This document shows positions 60,847 through 64,000 of a DNA stretch of 64,000 nt, in pieces. The notes below the pieces were generated by a model that ran no database searches, was not told the origin of the DNA, and saw only the letters and a list, made by a program, of their open reading frames with translations. Origin of the DNA: an uncultured Nitrospiraceae bacterium (GTDB taxonomy: Bacteria > Nitrospirota > Thermodesulfovibrionia > Thermodesulfovibrionales > SM23-35); contig CAVRAA010000006.1 of NCBI GenBank assembly GCA_963718855.1, positions 214,988 to 278,987 of the forward strand, read 5' to 3'. Within the stretch, counting starts at the first letter, position 1. Every line of letters starts with the position of its first letter. The translations under genes and the position numbers were made by a program.

Positions 60847-62661
60847 ATGCTGAAGAGAGAATCTCCTGCTAAGGGAATCATCAAATCCCTCGGTCTTGTT
60901 TTTGGCGATATCGGAACGAGCCCTATCTACACGCTTACCGTTATTTTTCTGCTTATGAAACCGACGGAGGACAATGTGATCGGAGTTCTTTCCCTCATTG
61001 TCTGGACATTGGTTATCCTTGTGACCATTGAATATGCATGGCTCGCCATGAGCCTTGGGAAGAGGGGCGAAGGCGGCACTATTGTCTTGAAAGAAATCCT
61101 TGCCCCTCTGCTGAAATCAGGGAGGCAGGTCTCGTTTGTCACTTTTCTCTCTTTTGTCGGGATATCACTCCTGATCGGTGACGGTGTTATCACTCCATCA
61201 ATAAGTATTCTCAGTGCGGTTGAAGGCTCATTGCTGATCCCCGGGCTTGAACATACGCGACGGGAAATCCTCATTTTTGCGGCGGCTGTTATCGCAATTA
61301 TATTATTCGTCTTTCAGAGAAAGGGGACTGAAAAGGTGGCCGTCGCATTCGGCCCTCTGATGATTATTTGGTTCTCTTCTCTGACGATATCGGGAATTAT
61401 ATCCATCAGCCATGTCCCATCGGTATTGACGGCGCTGAACCCTTACAATGCCGTTCGGTTTGTTGCTGATCAGGGCCTTTTCGGGTTCTTCGTGCTTTCT
61501 GAAGTAATCCTCTGCGCGACAGGAGGAGAAGCATTATACGCGGATATGGGTCATCTTGGCAGAAAACCCATCATAAGGGCATGGTCGTTCGTTTTTGTAG
61601 CGCTCCTCCTGAATTATCTCGGACAGGGCGCTTTTCTCGTTCAGCATCCGGAGGCAAAAAATGTGCTTTTCGAGATGATATTCCACCAGGCGCAGTTTCT
61701 CTATATCCCTTTTCTTGTCCTCAGCATCATTGCTACGGTCATTGCGTCACAGGCGATGATCAGCGGAATGTTTTCCATTGTTTATCAGGGGATTACTACG
61801 CATATCATCCCCCTCTTTAAAATCGACTATACCTCAACGGAAATGAGGTCCCAGATATACATAGGTTTTGTGAACTGGTTTCTCCTCGCATCGGTGCTGT
61901 TCGTCCTGGTTGAGTTCAGAGAATCCCAGCGCCTTGCCTATGCATACGGCCTCGCGGTGACCGGAACGATGTCTCTGACCGGCATCTTTATGACGTGGAT
62001 TTTTTATAAAAGGAATAACAGGGGCAGGGCGTTTGTCTCGATCATAGTGACTATTGTGGACCTGGCATTTCTTTTTTCGAATATGGTTAAGATACCGCAC
62101 GGCGGTTACTGGTCTCTTATCATAGCAGCGTTCCCTCTCGCGGTAATCCTTATCTATACCAAAGGGCAAAGAAGGCTTTACATGGCGTTGAAGCCGATCG
62201 CCATCAATGAATTCCTCGAACGATACATCGTCGCGTATAAAAGAACAAACAGGATAGAGGGAACCGCCCTTTATTTTTTGAAAGATGCAAAAGAAATCCC
62301 TCCGTACATGCTGCGCAGCATGCTGGTGAACGGAATTATTTATGACGAAAACATTATTGTGACTATCGTCAAGCGTGTTGACCCGTACGGGGCCATCGGT
62401 TTTTTTAAGGAAGATATTGGCCCCGGTCTCAGGGTGTTTGAAATCCAGGCAGGGTATATGGAATTTCCTGATATTGAGGAAATATTGAAAGAAGCGGGCA
62501 TCGATGAAAAAACAATCTTTTACGGCATAGAAGATATCGTTACGGGAAATATATTCTGGCGGATATTTTCAAGTATTAAACGATTAACGCCCAACTTTGT
62601 CCAGTTCCATAAGCTTCCGTCTCATAAGCTGCACGGTGTAATGACAAGGGTGGAATTATGA
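60847..62661 (+). CDS. kup: KUP/HAK/KT family potassium transporter
   Basis: MLKRESPAKGIIKSLGLVFGDIGTSPIYT is the canonical Kup N-terminus; GGEALYADMGH. ATG 60847 follows AAGGAGG. The upstream 28 codons of the track ORF overlap the riboswitch and were rejected. Confidence 0.9.
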   Translation: MLKRESPAKGIIKSLGLVFGDIGTSPIYTLTVIFLLMKPTEDNVIGVLSLIVWTLVILVTIEYAWLAMSLGKRGEGGTIVLKEILAPLLKSGRQVSFVTFLSFVGISLLIGDGVITPSISILSAVEGSLLIPGLEHTRREILIFAAAVIAIILFVFQRKGTEKVAVAFGPLMIIWFSSLTISGIISISHVPSVLTALNPYNAVRFVADQGLFGFFVLSEVILCATGGEALYADMGHLGRKPIIRAWSFVFVALLLNYLGQGAFLVQHPEAKNVLFEMIFHQAQFLYIPFLVLSIIATVIASQAMISGMFSIVYQGITTHIIPLFKIDYTSTEMRSQIYIGFVNWFLLASVLFVLVEFRESQRLAYAYGLAVTGTMSLTGIFMTWIFYKRNNRGRAFVSIIVTIVDLAFLFSNMVKIPHGGYWSLIIAAFPLAVILIYTKGQRRLYMALKPIAINEFLERYIVAYKRTNRIEGTALYFLKDAKEIPPYMLRSMLVNGIIYDENIIVTIVKRVDPYGAIGFFKEDIGPGLRVFEIQAGYMEFPDIEEILKEAGIDEKTIFYGIEDIVTGNIFWRIFSSIKRLTPNFVQFHKLPSHKLHGVMTRVEL

Positions 62662-62813
62662 AGCGTCTTTTGAAAAAGACCAGAGAGTGAGTATTTTCGC
62701 TCATTCTCGGTCGTTCCTCCCTGCGAGGCTTTTGCCTCTTTGTTTCAAATATATAGTTGACTATCGGCAAAAAAATCCGCTCAAATACTCCCTCGCCGGT
62801 CTTTTTCCCCCGG

Positions 62814-63931
62814 TCAAAGCCTGTCTCTTTGATTCTTTATTGCAAATCCCCTGAGGATCGGATTGTCTGTGCCTTTATACTGGACCATCACTTTATGGGT
62901 TTCACCGATCGTGCCCGGCAAGATAAGCCTCTTGATCTTGGCGATCTCAAAGAGATAGTCGCTGGAATTTGTATAAAGTTCGCTCATGACCTCGTCGATG
63001 CCGAGTGAAACGAAAAACACACCCTGGTTGCAGAACCCGAGTGTCTTCAGCCCGAACTCTTCCCCCCATTTTTTTACCGATGAGAAATTCACATGGGCAG
63101 TGATATCCTGAACGCCTATATTCTGATAGGGGTTTTCGTTCACCTGGTGGCGGTAATAGCAGAGCAGGGTCCCCCTGTTTCTCTCATCACTGTAATATTC
63201 CTGCGCCGGATACCCGTAGTCGATGGTGAGGATAAACCCTTCGACAGTATTTCACTTGATGACGCGAGCCAATCCCTGATCCTGAGATTTATTTCAGTCC
63301 TGTATCCGACCGGAAGTTCTATGGAAAATTCCTTCAGGTACGAGGCCAGGGAATCTGTGCTCAACGCTCCTTTTATTTCTGTGAAATGTCCGTCGGCAAC
63401 CGCAACGTAAATCTCTTTCAGTTCTTCATCCATCTCGACGAGATGCACAGGGAAGGCATCGAGCAGTTCATTCGAGAGGACACAGCCCTGGATTGTGCCA
63501 AGTTCCCGCAAGGAAGAGATCCAATTGACCTTACCGGAATAGGTATGAAGCAGTTTGCTCTGTTTGTCCCGCAGAAAGGGATTGATTTCTACTATTACAT
63601 AGGCAAGTGCTCCAAAGAGCGCTTTGTCGCGCAGATAATTCATGATATCCAGACAGAGAAGGCCTGTCCCTGCTCCGAATTCTACGGCATGAAAAACAGA
63701 AGGTTTCCCGAGTATTTCCCACATCTCCTCAAGTTGTCTGCCGATCATTACTCCGAAGACCGGGTGGAGATGCTGGCTGGTAAAGAAATCTCCAGCCTTT
63801 CCTATATCGATATTCTCTGAAGCGTAATAGCCGAGCCGAGGTTCATAGAGGGCCATTTCCATGAAGGCTTCGAAAGGCATCGGACCCTCGTTTTTGATTG
63901 TATCGCTTATCTTCTGTTCAAGGACACTCAC
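62814..63931 (-). CDS. SAM-dependent methyltransferase, MidA/NDUFAF7 (DUF185) family, frame interruption at the T3 run about 63233-63237
   Basis: YYASENIDIGKAGDFFTS, EFGAGTGLL, SNELLDAFPVH, then after a shift FILTIDYGYPAQEYYSDERNRGTLLCYYRHQVNENPYQNIGVQDITAHVNF. Confidence 0.75.
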
Positions 63932-64000
63932 GTTTCCAATTTTTCAAGGTCCTTATTAAACCCGATGAGGACAAGAACATCTCCTTCCTGCATAATATCC
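63928..64000 (-). CDS. 3' end of a truncated gene (last 23 codons; ...DIMQEGDVLVLIGFNKDLEKLET, TrkA-C/RCK_C-like ending)
   Basis: Open frame to the window edge. GTGA overlap with the downstream methyltransferase start. The domain guess rests on a short motif only. Confidence 0.25.
   Translation of the reverse strand, partial: DIMQEGDVLVLIGFNKDLEKLET

Overview
This 64 kb chromosomal window has moderate GC (roughly 50% by eye) and looks like an anaerobic deltaproteobacterium (Desulfobacterota/Syntrophales-like). That placement is a guess from gene content: multiheme cytochromes, c-heme sensor kinases and candidate selenoproteins. From left to right the window holds the following. (1) Housekeeping genes dapB and yacG, then an overlapping minus-strand operon uvrA-apbE-NusG_II-Gx. 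(2) Small secreted proteins and tRNA-Asp/tRNA-Val. (3) A dense signalling cluster of five histidine kinases, receiver proteins, a tetraheme cytochrome c and a PAS-GGDEF protein. (4) ABC transporter parts, a DsbC-like protein, an orphan GspE ATPase and a flavoprotein. (5) A heavily frame-disrupted stretch with a beta-propeller repeat protein and hemW. (6) A lower-GC island at about 34.7-40.3 kb with IS110, two PilZ paralogs, IS3, a small OMP and a RelE/Phd pair. (7) lepA, guaB and guaA, a HEPN/nucleotidyltransferase pair, then ispA-dxs-tlyA. (8) A potassium locus: kdpFABC, kdpDE and a c-di-AMP (ydaO-class) riboswitch in front of kup.

The most interesting signals:
- Two in-frame TGA codons fall exactly on the first Cys of conserved redox motifs (S-C-G-C in a DUF1573 protein, C-P-F-C in a DsbC-like protein). 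Each has a hairpin 14-15 nt downstream, so both are selenocysteine candidates.
- A 7-Cys module with identical spacing recurs in two signalling proteins.
- Two sensor kinases carry CxxCH heme motifs, one of them next to the tetraheme cytochrome.
- UvrA lacks its roughly 100 aa insertion domain.
- A MITE-like nested-palindrome repeat family is present in at least 4 copies.
- The IS110 element has a structured 5' leader that may be a bridge RNA.

Main caveat: more than 25 single-nucleotide frame interruptions, several in short homopolymer runs, split otherwise intact genes, including essential guaB and guaA. Assembly indels are more likely than pseudogenes. No CRISPR array, rRNA or obvious defence island was seen. 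I cannot claim a clearly novel multi-gene system from sequence reading alone.
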